Shown one piece after another: positions 37,705 through 50,811 of a DNA stretch of 64,000 bases. The position numbers and the translations under genes are program-made. Numbering within the stretch: the stretch's first letter is position 1; every line of letters begins with the position of its first letter. The DNA is from Octopus vulgaris (taxonomy: Eukaryota). The notes beneath the pieces were generated by a model, which saw only the letters and a list, made by a program, of their open reading frames with translations, made no database searches and was not told where the DNA came from. The stretch spans positions 32,612,001 through 32,676,000 of the forward strand of contig OX597819.1 in the NCBI GenBank assembly GCA_951406725.2, given 5' to 3'.

Positions 37705-37850
37705 TACAACGGGCTTGTTTCTGTCTACCAAATCCACTCACAAGGCTTTGGTCGGCCCGAGGCTATAGAAGAAGACACATGCCCAAGATGCCAGGCGGTG
37801 GTATTGAACCCGGAACCATGTGGTCAGAAAGCAAGCTTCCTACCAGACAG
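37705..37850 (-). mobile_element. SINE family B, head half
   Basis: CTACCAAATCCACTCACAAGGCTTTGGTCGGCCCGAGGCTATAG...GAACCCGGAACCATGTGG. Confidence 0.85.
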
Positions 37851-38261
37851 ACAGCCTCTTTTTTTCTTTCGTATTATGAAAATATATGGAATTTTGTATT
37901 AGTAGTTTGATTCTAGGAGAAAGTCTGTGGGTGTTGTTTTTTGTTCTAGTTTACCAAATAAGTTAGCATTGATCAAATAGACGTAATTGATCAAATAGAC
38001 GTTCTAGTTGTGGCCATGTCATCTTTATTTCAGACGTAGCGTATGTACTATATGATTAAACACGATGTGATTATATTTGAAGAATTTTTTTCTGTCTACT
38101 GTGTTTTCATAGCAAGTGGAGCGACGGCGTAGAAGCCTCTCATTAGAACAGAATTTTAACTTGCCTGTTAAGGCAGGGTGTTTTCTTCATCTTCACAATG
38201 ATTTAAGCTGCCAACTGATGCGTGGTAGACGTTCCATGAATGACTACTACTACTACTGACG

Positions 38262-38649
38262 GATGGAAGCACTCCGTCGGTTACGACGACGAGGGTTCCG
38301 GTTGATCCGATCAACGGAAAAGCCTGCTCGTGTAATTAACGTGTAATTGGCTGAGCACTCCACAGACACGTGTACCCTTAACGTAGTTCTCGGGGATATT
38401 CAGCGTGACACAGAGAGTGACAAGGCCGGCCCTTTGAAATACAGGTACAACAGAAACAGGAAGAAAGAGTGAGAGAAAGTTGTGGTGAAAGAGTACAGCA
38501 GGGATCACCACAACCTTTCTCTGCCGGAGCCTCGTGGAGCTTTTAAGTGTTTTCCCTCAATAAACACTCACAACGCCCGGTCTGGGAATCGAAACAGCGA
38601 TCCTATGACCGCGAGTCCGCTGCCCTAACCACTGGGCCATTGCGCCTCC
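38262..38649 (-). mobile_element. SINE family C, full length, with a long flanking duplication
   Basis: Near-perfect reverse complement of 5861-6243; 28-bp exact repeat at 38214-38241 and 38650-38677. Confidence 0.92.
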
Positions 38650-38678
38650 ACTGATGCGTGGTAGACGTTCCATGAATA

Positions 38679-38747
<69 letters not shown>

Positions 38748-38760
38748 GCTACTGCTACTG

Positions 38761-38838
<78 letters not shown>

Positions 38839-38905
38839 GTGGTAGTGGTAGTAGTAGCATATAGTAGTAGTAGAGTTGCGCGTTTTTTATTTTATTAAAA
38901 TTAGA

Positions 38906-39065
38906 GGCGCAGGCGTGACTATGTGGTAAGAGGCTTGTTTTCCAGCCACATGTTTCCGGGTTCAGTCCCACTGCGTGACAACTTGGGCAAGTGTCTTCTA
39001 CTATAGATTCGGGCTGATCCAAGCTTAGTAAGTGAGTTTGGCAGGCAGAAACTGAAAGAAGCCCG

Positions 39066-39107
<42 letters not shown>

Positions 39108-39335
39108 ATATATACCTGTGTGTGTTTATGCTTGTGTTTACCCACTACCGTTGCTTGACAACCGGTGTTGGTACGTTTACTTCCCCGTAACTTAACGGTT
39201 CAGCAAAAGTGACCTATGCCATAAGTACCAGATTTTAAAATAAGTAAGCACTGGGGTCGATACATTCGACTAAAAGAAAATGCTTCGAGGCAGTGCCCCA
39301 GCATGGCCGCAGTCAAATGACTGAAACAAGTAAAA
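38906..39335 (+). mobile_element. SINE family B, full
   Basis: GGCGCAGGCGTGACTATGTGGTAAG head to GGCCGCAGTCAAATGACTGAAACAAGTAAAA tail. Confidence 0.88.
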
Positions 39336-39518
39336 AAAAAAAGAAAAAAATATGAAAGGTGTCCAGGACGAAAAAGTTGCGAGCACCGAAGAAGAGTTGC
39401 ATTATCCACGATTTAATTTCGACTGCGTAGGTCCTATGCGGCACATGAAAACACTGTGCCATCTAGGATTTAAAGAAGCGCTGCGAGTACTGAAGAAGAG
39501 TTGCATTATCCACGATTT

Positions 39519-39936
39519 GGATCTTTTCGGTTTGAACGGCAGTTTTTTTTTTTAGCGGTGTCATATGAAATTGTCACCCATAATTATGACCCTAGTATCG
39601 ATCTATTGCATTTCAATGTTTTAGGGTTAGGGGTGGGGTGAAGGGTATCTTTTTTTTCTTCACAAATGTAAATAAACCCAATCTGTTTCTTAAAAGAGGG
39701 ACATTTTCATACGGCACTGAATGGGTGTTTTTACCTCAATAGACGTCACTGATTGGTTGAAATTGCAGAAATTGAAGAAAAACAACAACAAATATCTTAC
39801 AAACTATAGAATTTTCTCAATAAAACCAAGAGAAAAAAGATGTTTTATAAACACATTCTACCAGTATACGAAGTTTAAAATTTTTAGTTACCTAGAAATT
39901 ATGTTAAAATCTGCCGTTCAAACCGAAAAAATATCC
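39519..39936. mobile_element. MITE with ~24-bp TIRs and an 8-bp TSD (hAT-like)
   Basis: GGATCTTTTCGGTTTGAACGGCAG ... CTGCCGTTCAAACCGAAAAAATATCC; CACGATTT (39511-39518) versus CATGATTT (39937-39944). Confidence 0.85.
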
Positions 39937-40459
39937 CATGATTTAATTTCGACTGCGTAAATCCGAGGCGGCAAATGGAGAAATGTGCCGACTAATATGT
40001 ATAAAGAACAGCAATTGTGAGAACTGAGTATTGCCGACTAGTGGAGAAATTTAACAGACGCAATGACCTCCTCTTTGACATTGCAACAATGCCATAGTAC
40101 CATATTGAAATGGTAATGATATTCAATCGATTCTTGCTCAACATAAATCAACAATATTTATGTCGTTTGTGATAACATTACCAGCTCATTCTGTCGTCAG
40201 ATCGACATTGTGGAATCAGGTGAAAATAACGTCAAACCATATTCTTGTAAGTGGCAGTGATGTTCTGCAGATTCTTCTGTTGAAAAGGATTAGATATAAA
40301 TGGCCCAATAAATAAACATACGGTTTCAGCAATGAGACATGGTATATCAGAGAGTAGCGGCGACGGCGCAACTTAATGCGCGCAAGGAGAACGACTGAAA
40401 CAGATAGGGGGTTATGGAATAACTAACCGAACAATAAACAACAAGTTGTCTTGTGTGAC

Positions 40460-40506
40460 TAGAATAGAGATAAGCAACTAGGCTGTGTGCGTGTGTGTGT
40501 GTGTGC

Positions 40507-40561
<55 letters not shown>

Positions 40562-41081
40562 GGCGTGGGGGCAAGGGAGGAGGAGGAAGAAGAAGAAGGT
40601 ACGAGAGCGAGTGTGTGAGAGTGTAAATGAATGTGTGTGTTTGAATGTGTGAGTGGGAGAGGGGGTGACAGATGGACGGAGAATGTGTGTGTCGTGATTA
40701 AAAGACAGAGGAAGAAAAATAGTCTGTGTGAATAGGTGTGTAACAGAGAGAACGTGTGTGCGTGTATAAGAAAGAGAGAGAGAGAGAGATAGTGGATGCG
40801 TGTATAAGAAAGAGAGAGAGATAGTGTGTGCGTGTATAAGAAACAGAGAGAGAGATAGTGCATGCGTGTATAAGAAAGAGAGAGAGAGATAGTGTGTGCG
40901 CGTATAAGAAAGAGAGAGAGAGAGGGAGAGAGAGGGAGAGAGAGAGAGAGAAAAGAGGGAGGAGAGAGCGAAGAAGAAGAAAAAGAAGAGGGAGAGACAG
41001 TGTGTGTAAATGAATGCATGAGTGCGTTTAAGTATCTGTGTGTATGTGTGTGTGTGTTTATGTGTGTTGTGAGCGCATGTC

Positions 41082-41114
<33 letters not shown>

Positions 41115-41187
41115 AAAGCAGATTGATAGACAGACAAAGAATATGTGCTTGTGTTGTAAGCAAAAGAGAGAGTGAGGTAGAGGGAGA

Positions 41188-41234
<47 letters not shown>

Positions 41235-41340
41235 AGAAGAAAATCAGTGAATGTGAATAGATCTGTGAATGAAAGAATTTGTGCGTAAGAGAAAAACGGA
41301 CGGGGAGAGAGAGAGAAAGAATGGCGGGGGGGGGGGGAGA
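40460..41340. repeat. GA/GT-rich low-complexity field including a ~32-bp GTGTGCGTGTATAAGAAAGAGAGAGAGATA minisatellite
   Basis: Direct reading; the unit recurs about five times in 40750-40920. Confidence 0.85.
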
Positions 41341-41726
41341 GTTCTGTGAAATCCTTGCAGCGAGTTAATTCAAAGTCATTAGACCATTATATCATTATAT
41401 TGCAGTAGAAGAGTTTTGTCGTCAATTTTATACAATTGAAGGCGACTAGTCAAGTCTGAATTTCTAATCAACGTGTTAATCTTCAAACACTGAGGCTGCT
41501 TCACATTACAATAACATGATAACAAATATTTAGGTCGCAGACCTATGACCTCAGTTCACTTTTGTAGCGTAATTCTTACTTCTGTTACAGGCATTGATTT
41601 CGGACTATGGCTACTGCCAAGTAACTGATGGCTTCTTGTCTTTCTGCATTTTTTTTTTTTTTTTGCGCTGTTCAGCAAACCGAGGCACTCGTTCGAATGA
41701 GTTTTAAGGTTCTAATTTATTATCGA

Positions 41727-42243
41727 CTAGCAGTATCGCCCGGCGTTGCTCGGGTTTGTAAGTGAAATAACTATATAAGCATTTTTAGAGAGTTACTTCC
41801 TTTATAGATGCCAATTCGGGCTTTCTTAGCCATTTCTGTTTTGGTGTCTTCAAGCCATGAAGTCGTTGTTCTAAAAGAACGCTGGTCTCCTTGACAACGC
41901 ATTACGACGTTGATTTCCTTAAACTCCCTTCCCCACAGCTTCACGAGGGAGGGAAGAAGGGGGAGAAGCAAACACAGGTGCAGGGGTTTGAGCGTGGACG
42001 CCAACTCCGCCGCCATCGACACACGAAAAATTATGCATTAAAATGGAATAAAAAATGATGTTAAATTATTTTTAAAATCGTAGACTCATCATAGACGCGC
42101 GCTAATAGCCAGACGGGCTCGATATTAATCACGACTATAAGATACCCGAATTTGGTTAAACTGCACCGCAAAATGTGGGAGGAGTTAGGAATCTAAATCG
42201 TAGGAGACAGACACTCACACAACTACAGTTTTATATATATAGA
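41727..42243 (-). mobile_element. Non-autonomous Helitron, 517 bp
   Basis: Minus strand A|TCTATATATATAAAA 5' end; GC-rich hairpin CCCGAGCAACGCCGGG followed by CTAG|T 3' end; no TSD. Confidence 0.8.
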
Positions 42244-42594
42244 TGAAATGTCTAAGTGGTTAAGTTACCAACACACAGAACATGACCTTCCCTCGACTGC
42301 ACTCAATTCACATTGTGTTAAAGAAAAACCCCATATTTTACTATTTTTTTTTTATTTTACACTATTCTTCTCTGTTTGGCGAAAGTGAAGACCACACAGA
42401 TATGAGAAAGTTACAGTCAATAGAACACTAGGGACCTGTCCCGTGAAAATTTCTCTCTCATGCGACTAACCTTACTGAACGCGGATTAAGTGCCAAGTTC
42501 CGTTAGAAGACATACTTCCCTGTTCAGAGATGCTGAGTTTCTTTCCTCGACAGTCATCGTGTCTGACTAAAAGGTATAAGATAAACATGTACGA

Positions 42595-43265
42595 GGCGGC
42601 GAGCTGGCAGAAACGTTAGCACGCCGGGCGAATGCTTAGCGGTATTTCGTCGGCCGTTACGTTCTGAGTTCAAATTCCGCCGAGGTCGACTTTGCCTTTC
42701 ATCCTTTCGGGGTCGATTAAATAAGTACCAGTTACGCACTGGGGTCGATGTAATCGACTTAATACCTATGTCTATCCTTGTTTGTCCCCTCTATGTTTAG
42801 CCCCTTGTGGGTAATAAAGAAATAGGTATTTCGTCTGTCGTTACGTTCTGAGTTCAAATTTACAGAGGAGACAAACAAGGACAGACATACGGATTAAATC
42901 GATTATATCGACCCCAGTGCGTACGTTCTGAGTTCAAATTCCGTCGAGGTCGACTTTGCTTTTTATCCATCGGGGTCGATAAATTAAGGACCACTTACGC
43001 ACTGGTGTCCATATAATCGACTTAATCCGTCTGTCTGTCCTTGTTTGTCTCCATTGTGGGTAGTAAATAAATAAATATTTTGTCTGCCGCTACGTTCTGA
43101 GTTCAAATTCCTCCGAGGTCGACTTTGCCTTTCATCCTTTTGGGGTCGGTTAAATAAGTACCAGTTACGCACTGGGGTCGCTATAATCGTCGACTTAATC
43201 CGTTTGTCTGTTCTTGTTTGTCCTCTCTGTGTTTAGCCCCTTGTGGGTAGTAAAGAAATAGGTAT
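42595..43265 (+). mobile_element. Concatemer of SINE family A copies with a short inverted fragment
   Basis: CGTTCTGAGTTCAAATT restarts near 42660, 42843, 42923 and 43093; reverse-oriented piece at about 42862-42922. Confidence 0.85.
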
Positions 43266-44640
43266 AGGATAAATATGTACGAAAGATAAGGTTTATAGTC
43301 TGCGAGTCGTAAATTATTTTAGTAACTAGCCTATTTTAATTCATATCAACGGAAAACCACTAATCTTCCTTTTCTCTTTATTCTGTTATCTAATGTTAAC
43401 CATGTTTTCAGTTTTAAAAAGACAAATTTGCAACGTCAATGAATTCAATTAGAAAACTTTATATTCTATAAAGTTATCTTCATAATAAAAGCTGTGTTGG
43501 AAATAAATTTAAAAAGTTCCAAAAACAAAATAAAAATCTCAGGATTTATACACATACACAGCATTCAAGGAATAGCACTACTAGGCACCGAACGTATAGA
43601 AAGTCCGAAACCGATAGCCAGACAATGGAAGACGATATCAGGCGCTCACAGCCCTTCACTTGAGAATACAGCAAATGTGATAAGAACCAGCGAGTTCTAA
43701 ACTAAGACTGTGAGAGGGTAGATAATGATCGTTTAGGAGCAGATTATGAAGGATTTTCTGTTGTACACAATAAACAGTTTTCCAAACTACTTGTCCTACC
43801 AATGCGGCTATAAGACATTGCTGGCTTGTGATAAATTGAACAGGCATAGAGATACAATCGGCCAAGCACACCAAACAATGAAGCAAACAGGAAGGAAACT
43901 TTAACACCTCATAAAATAAATCAACAGTGATGTTAACCGTTTGTGTGTGTTATTAAATGTCTAGAATGGCTGGATCCACGTTTTAATAGCTTCAACTTCA
44001 ATACGCGGTCTCAAGCAGGTAACTCTGTGTACGTGTGTGCCTTTCTCTGTCTCTGTCTGTCTCTTTTTCTCTCTCTCTCACACATATATACACACACAAA
44101 ATTATGTAATATCCTAACCACACACACGCACAAAGTTTCTCGAAAATGACTTCGAAATTTAATCGGTAGTGATTTTGTGCAAACGGTCCATGAGTTTAAA
44201 TATGCCACACCGGCAACATTTTAAATTACAATTAAAAAAATATATATTATGAAAGAATTTATACAAGTATTGAATCCATTATTTATTTATATATGTCTAC
44301 CTATTTAATTTATCTATACACACATGTATACACCTCTTGCGTGGGGACATAAATTCCAGGCTGGAATACCGCATGCCGTAAAACCAGAGGGAGTGAGGCA
44401 CATTGAAGCATGCCCCGTAGAGAAGGTTACTCCGGAATAAAGTGCATATTTTTTTTACTATTTTATTTTTCTATAATGTGCAGCACTGTAAACAAATTAA
44501 CTGTGTAGGTTGTTTTGTTGGGTCAAATTTTTCTGAAGTTTTTGATCCTTATTCATTGAAATCGACGCGAGAGTCCATCATGCATTCAAATGCACAGAAA
44601 TACATACATGCGTTCATAGTTACATACTTAGATGTACGTA

Positions 44641-44808
44641 TGAAGGGCTGCTGAAAGGCCGGGCTGGAGGTCCAACCTTCCGAGTTCTTTTACAAGGCTT
44701 AGAAAACCTGAAGGATCGCTGGAATAAGTGTGTGAATCTGAGAGGGAAATATGTTGAATAATACATAATTTTCTTTTCCCCAAAGCCCGGAACTTCAGCA
44801 GACCCTCG
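44641..44808 (+). mobile_element. Mariner-derived MITE, TA TSD
   Basis: TA|TGAAGGGCTGCTGAAA ... CTTCAGCAGACCCTCG|TA; internal [15 protein letters not shown] is a mariner transposase C-terminus. Confidence 0.75.
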
Positions 44809-44874
44809 TATATATGTATGTGTGTATGTATGTATGTATGTATGTATGTATATATATGTATATATATATATATG

Positions 44875-45059
<185 letters not shown>

Positions 45060-45095
45060 GCATATGTATGTATACGTATATATAATACATATATA

Positions 45096-45312
45096 CGTGG
45101 AGGTGCTGAAAAGTTCCTGGCTTTAAGGGTATCGCGAAAGCCTTGGCTGTTGGTCCAACCTACCGAGTTCTATTTACAGGGCTCAAAAAAACTGAAGGGC
45201 CGTTGCAATTAGTGTGTGAATCTGACAGGAGTATGTTGAGTAAAATCATAATTAATAAATCCTCCTGTATTTCCTTTATACTCAAAACCAGGAACTTTTA
45301 AGCACCCCCTTG
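45096..45312 (+). mobile_element. Mariner-derived MITE, TA TSD
   Basis: TA|CGTGGAGGTGCTGAAAAGTTCCTGG ... CCAGGAACTTTTAAGCACCCCCTTG|TA; same internal remnant as the previous element. Confidence 0.85.
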
Positions 45313-45458
45313 TATGTTCGTATGTATGCCAATATACTGTGGTTCGATGCAATTATTTAAAACGTTGGTGGTGAATGTGATGGATGTGTATAATGACTAA
45401 ACTGACGTCGAGGGAAATATTATTGCACACTTTATATTTAATATTCAGAGCCCATGTA

Positions 45459-45645
45459 AGGCGGCGAGCTGGCAGAATCGTTAGCACGCCGGGCGAAATG
45501 CTTAGCGGTATTTCGTCTGCCGCTACGTTCTGAGTTCAAATTCCACGGAGTCAATAAATTAAGTACCAGTTGTGTTCTGGGGTCGATCTAATCGACTGGC
45601 CCTCCTCCCCAAAAATTTCGGGCGTTGTGCCTACAGTAGAAAAGG
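45459..45645 (+). mobile_element. SINE family A with internal deletion, 18-bp TSD
   Basis: ATATTCAGAGCCCATGTA (45441-45458) versus ATATTCATAGCCCATGTA (45646-45663). Confidence 0.88.
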
Positions 45646-46189
45646 ATATTCATAGCCCATGTATTTTCGAATGCTTTCAGAGTTATAATTTTCTGTGTCT
45701 TTATATTTATATGTTGTTCCCCTTCTATATGTTTATCTAAAGAAATGCCAAATAGTGAAGCTATAAGATGTACAAGCAAAGATCTGACATTTGAAAGGTT
45801 ATTCACCTACGTCAGTTCTTTCGTTTGACTTCAGATGACCTCCTCTTATCGACAGACATTTAGCACAGAGTCCATACTTGCAGAATCGAAAGAAATGAGT
45901 AAATGATTATACAGTTTCACACCTGGTAGATGATGAAAATTGAGTTGATATATATCCAACTGAAATGCATTGAAATATCCAGTCTTTACGTCAAAGATGT
46001 CATCTTTCGCAGCCAATCAGCGAAACTCTATGAAATCCCTCGGCGTGTTTGAAATAAGAGTCTCAAACCCTAGCCTCTTCAAAAGGAAGGATACACGTGA
46101 TGACCTGGTCCCGGACATACAATTTCATCTTTTGTAGGATCTTCTTTTTCTCTTTTTAAAACGGTCTGTCCAGTATATCTATATATTTA

Positions 46190-46330
46190 CTGCCCACAAG
46201 GGGCTAAACATAGAGGGGACAAACAAGGACAGACAAAGAGATTAAGTCGATTATATCGACCCCAGTACGAAACTGGTACTTTATTTATCGACCCCGAAAG
46301 GATGAAAGGCAAAGTCGACCTCGGTGTCCA
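46190..46330 (-). mobile_element. SINE family A 3' fragment
   Basis: CCCACAAGGGGCTAAACATAGAGGGGACAAACAAGG...GGATGAAAGGCAAAGTCGACCTCGG. Confidence 0.85.
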
Positions 46331-46500
46331 GTATATCATTATCAGAACATCGCTGGTACCTTACTTTATCCATCCCAAAGGGATCAAACTAAAAACTGAC
46401 CTCGGCGTAATTTGAATTCAGAAAGTAAAGAACCAGAACAAATGGCCGAAACGTCATTTTGTTCGACGCACTTATGACTCTTTAAAAAAACTTCCTGCGT

Positions 46501-46557
<57 letters not shown>

Positions 46558-46869
46558 TGCGTTTGAAAATCAAAACATTGGAATAGCCACGGTGAGAACA
46601 CTGGGCCAGAGCTGACCTTGTGCTAAACAGCAACATCAACAACAACAAAAACAACAACATCATCATCATCATCATCAACAACAACAACAACAACAACAAC
46701 AACAGCAACCTCTAAGAAATGATATAAACACAATGGAATATAAAAGCATGAACAGAGAATTGCTGATTTGTCTGTCAGGAGACATTTAACGACTTTCGTT
46801 GCTTTTGCATTATTTTTTAACTTTAAATCTAATATTTCAAACACGAAATCACATTTTCAATGGCTTCGT

Positions 46870-47122
46870 TGTCATCATCATCATCATCATCATCATCATC
46901 ACTATCATCATCATCGTCATCATGAACGTTTAGATCATCATCATGAACGTCAAGATCATCATCATCATCATCACCATCATCATCATCGTCATCATGAACG
47001 TCAAGATCATCATCATCATCATCATCATCACTATCATCATCATCGTCATCATGAACGTCAAGATCATCATCATCATCATCATCATCAACACTATCATCAT
47101 CATCGTCATCATGAACGTCAAG

Positions 47123-47156
<34 letters not shown>

Positions 47157-47169
47157 GCATCACCATCAC

Positions 47170-47219
<50 letters not shown>

Positions 47220-47270
47220 CTATCATCATCATCGTCATCATGAACGTCAAGCTCATCATTTATCGTCTAT
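46870..47270. repeat. (CAT)n microsatellite with a recurring in-phase GAACGTCAAGAT interruption
   Basis: Interruptions at 46924, 46945, 46996, 47053, 47113 and 47242. Confidence 0.9.
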
Positions 47271-48020
47271 CATTTGTCTGTCTGTTTGTCAATCTTCTCT
47301 CTCACCCTCGCTCATCTGCTCCCTCTTTTCCTCCATATTTTTCTTTCTCTTTCTCTTCTTCCACTAAAACCACCAGAATTGTATAAAAGCTATTTTCGCC
47401 ACTACCACCATTACACCCACCATCTCCATCACCATTACACCACCACCACCACCACCGCTACCAACAATACTACTACTGCCTTCAGTCGCAACCACTAAAT
47501 CCCAGCATCCATTGCAACCCCCACTACCATTGTCACCGCCGCCTCCCCTACCGTCAACACAGCCACCACCGCTGCCCCGCTGCCACCATTACTGACGCCG
47601 CCGCCACTACCATTAGCACTACCACTGCCACCGTCACTACCACTACCAATGCCATCGCCGCCGCCATTGACAATTACACTACCAACACCACTAACAGTAC
47701 CGCCACCGCTGCCACTACCTCGTCCGGTCCTCATTCTGTGAGATTGTCGATAAATCTATTCTGGAAATTGTTGTTACTTATGGTTTTTGAGTCGTGAGGT
47801 TGGCCGTTATGTGGATTGAATATACAATGACTACCATGAATATCTTAGTAATGAACTTATGACATGTCTTACACCTTCACGTACGCATATATACACCTTC
47901 ATATGGGTATATACACATACATGCACATTTAGACAATGACTTTCATACACGCAAACTCACAAGCACAGTGTTGTATTACTATCACTACTTCAATGTGTAT
48001 ATACCGCTTTCTATAATGTC

Positions 48021-48068
<48 letters not shown>

Positions 48069-48905
48069 CACACACATATATATATATATACATACGTACA
48101 TATACAAATACATATATGGACAAATATATATATATATATATATAGATAGATAGATAGATAGACAGATAGATAGATAGACAGCTAAAAATATAAATATACA
48201 TACATATATGTGTATATGTGTATGTTACGTGTGTTTGTGTATGTGTGTGCGTGCATAAATGATGTAAAGAGAGAAAAAAACAAGCGTGAGAACGGAGACG
48301 GAGAATCTGATTATAAGGTAACTGCATAAAAGGGTTAAATCGAAATGGATCGATTCATCAATAAGTATTTACCCTAGAAAATACTGTTGTGGATTTTAGT
48401 TCGGCTACAAATCACTGTACATACATACGTACACACATACTTAAATACACACACATGCACGCACGTACGCACACACACATACACACACACACAAACATAC
48501 ACATACACACATACACACACATACACACACACACACCGCAAATACACAGACAGACATTACATAGGTATGTCTTTTAACCGAAATGTTCTGCTTTTCTACA
48601 CAAGCGAAACGTCCCGCGTTCTTCCTGTGTCCCTGTTGATGTGTGAGCATGCGCACGCGCGTGTATGTATATACATACACATATAAATACAAATACACAT
48701 GTACGTATGCATGCATGCATGTATGTATGTATGTATGTATATATATACACACACACGCGCTCATGCTTACACACACACACACTCATATTTTTACATAAGC
48801 TGTTGTTTATAGCTTTATGTGTTTCGATATGTTACCTTTCCTCGAGTGTTTATAAAATTCGTATGTCAGTAATATATGATACATACCTACATCCATACAT
48901 ACATG

Positions 48906-48975
<70 letters not shown>

Positions 48976-48980
<5 letters not shown>

Positions 48981-49147
48981 AGCTTGCTTCCCAACCGCAT
49001 GGTTTCGGGTTCAATCCTACTGCGTGACACCTTGGGCAAGTATCTTCTACTATAGCCTCGCACCGACCAAAGCCTTGTAAGTGGATATGGTAGATGGAAA
49101 CTGAACGAAGTTCGTCGTATATATATATATATATATAAATGCGTGTT

Positions 49148-49187
<40 letters not shown>

Positions 49188-49345
49188 TGTATCTGTGTGT
49201 CTGTGTCTGTGTTTGTCTCCTCCATGGCTGCTTGACAACCGGTGTTGGTGTGTTTGCGTCCCCGTAACATAGCTGTTCAACCAAGGAAACCGATAGAGTA
49301 AGTACCAGGCTTGAAAAGAAAATAAGACTGGGCCGGAGTCTAATG
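48976..49345 (+). mobile_element. SINE family B, head slightly truncated
   Basis: AAGAAGCTTGCTTCCCAACCGCATGGTTTCGGGTTCAATCC...CTGAAACAAGTAAAAG. Confidence 0.85.
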
Positions 49346-49371
49346 TCTGAAACAAGTAAAAGATAAAAGAT

Positions 49372-49434
<63 letters not shown>

Positions 49435-49723
49435 ACACAAACTTGTGTATCACACTGAAAATCAAGGTGTTTCAAGGATTATGCAAAGTTTAATTTGCGT
49501 TTGATGTGACATTTAAATAAGAAAGAAGTGATGACTAAACTTCTTTTCGAAGAGCGGTTCACGAATAATCTTTTATGCCCTGCTGTAGGAAGGTACATAG
49601 ACACGACAGAAATAAATAGACACCCATAAAACCTCGTTTTATATTTATTTTAACTTGAAAAGTTTTATATTTTTTGTTAATTGCCATTTTTATGTTTCAG
49701 GTTCTATATGTGACTGTTTAATC

Positions 49724-50716
49724 ATGTCACATACAAAAGAAGCCTTGGAATTGTCCGAATTTCAAAGAGGCTGTACTGTGGATCAATCTGAAAATACACT
49801 TAGCGTAAAATTGCAGAAAACCTCGGGGTCCTGCTTTCTACAATTAATAGAGTGAATGTACAATTCACCAGAGAGGGGAAGGAGTCCACATCACCTCGCC
49901 CAGATCGACCAGTGCTCTCTGACAGGCCCCTTCGCTTTGTTAAGAGAAGTGTGGAGGATAATCCTCGTGTCAAGGCATCTGACATTGCAGAAAAAGTTGA
50001 TGTCAGTCCCAGAACAGTTGTCAGATACCTCCACAAAATTGGCTACTATTGCAGAGCAGCAAGAAGGACGCCACTTCTTCGACTAACCAATATAAAGCGG
50101 AGAAAATATTGGGCCAGTGAGATGGTGAAGAGGCCACTAGCATTTTAGGACATTGTCATGTTCTCTGATGAGTCCAGATTTGCTGTAGTTTCTGACAGTA
50201 GCTTTGGATTGACGTGAAAAAATTGCCGCCAGCAATGAAACACAGCGGCTATTTTTTTATGGTTTGGGGAGAGCAATTTGAAGCAATTGTCGATTAGAGC
50301 TAGTGGAGTGTGAGGGGAACATAAACTCAGATAAATATGTGTCCATATTGCCGTAAGGAATCCTTCTAATCTTCTGCAGTGGTGAAATGATTAAAGAAGA
50401 CTCATTATGGAAGATGGGTTTCCTTGTCACACGGCTAAAAAGACTCAGGATTAGTTGGAAGAGAATGACATTAAAAAGCTTCCATGGCCAAGACGATCAC
50501 CAGGTATGGACCCTATTGAACATCTCTGGAGAATACTGGACAGGTAATTTCGTAAAAAATAAAATTAAGAAAGCATCTTCAAAGATAGATCTTTTGAGAT
50601 TACAACATGAAAATTGACAAGAAAGTCCTCAAGAGAATATTTCTGATCTGATCACCAGCATGCCTAAGAGGACCCTTGCATTGATAACGCAAAGGGCATG
50701 TTTTTCTAAATATTAG
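49724..50716 (+). pseudogene. Tc1-family transposase pseudogene
   Basis: MSHTKEALELSEFQRG start; VSPRTVVRYLHKIG; VMFSDESRF; WPRRSPGMDPIEHLW; multiple stops and frameshifts. Confidence 0.9.
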
Positions 50717-50811
50717 ATATTCACAATACAATAATTAATAAATAGTTTGAATGTATAATTTCAGATTTAAATGAATTTTGACGATTATAAGGTTGTCTAT
50801 TTACTTCTGTT

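Noticed and set aside
43500-43600. IQGIALLGTERI resembling an R4/Dong C-terminus
   Set aside because: The match is too short to list as a feature.
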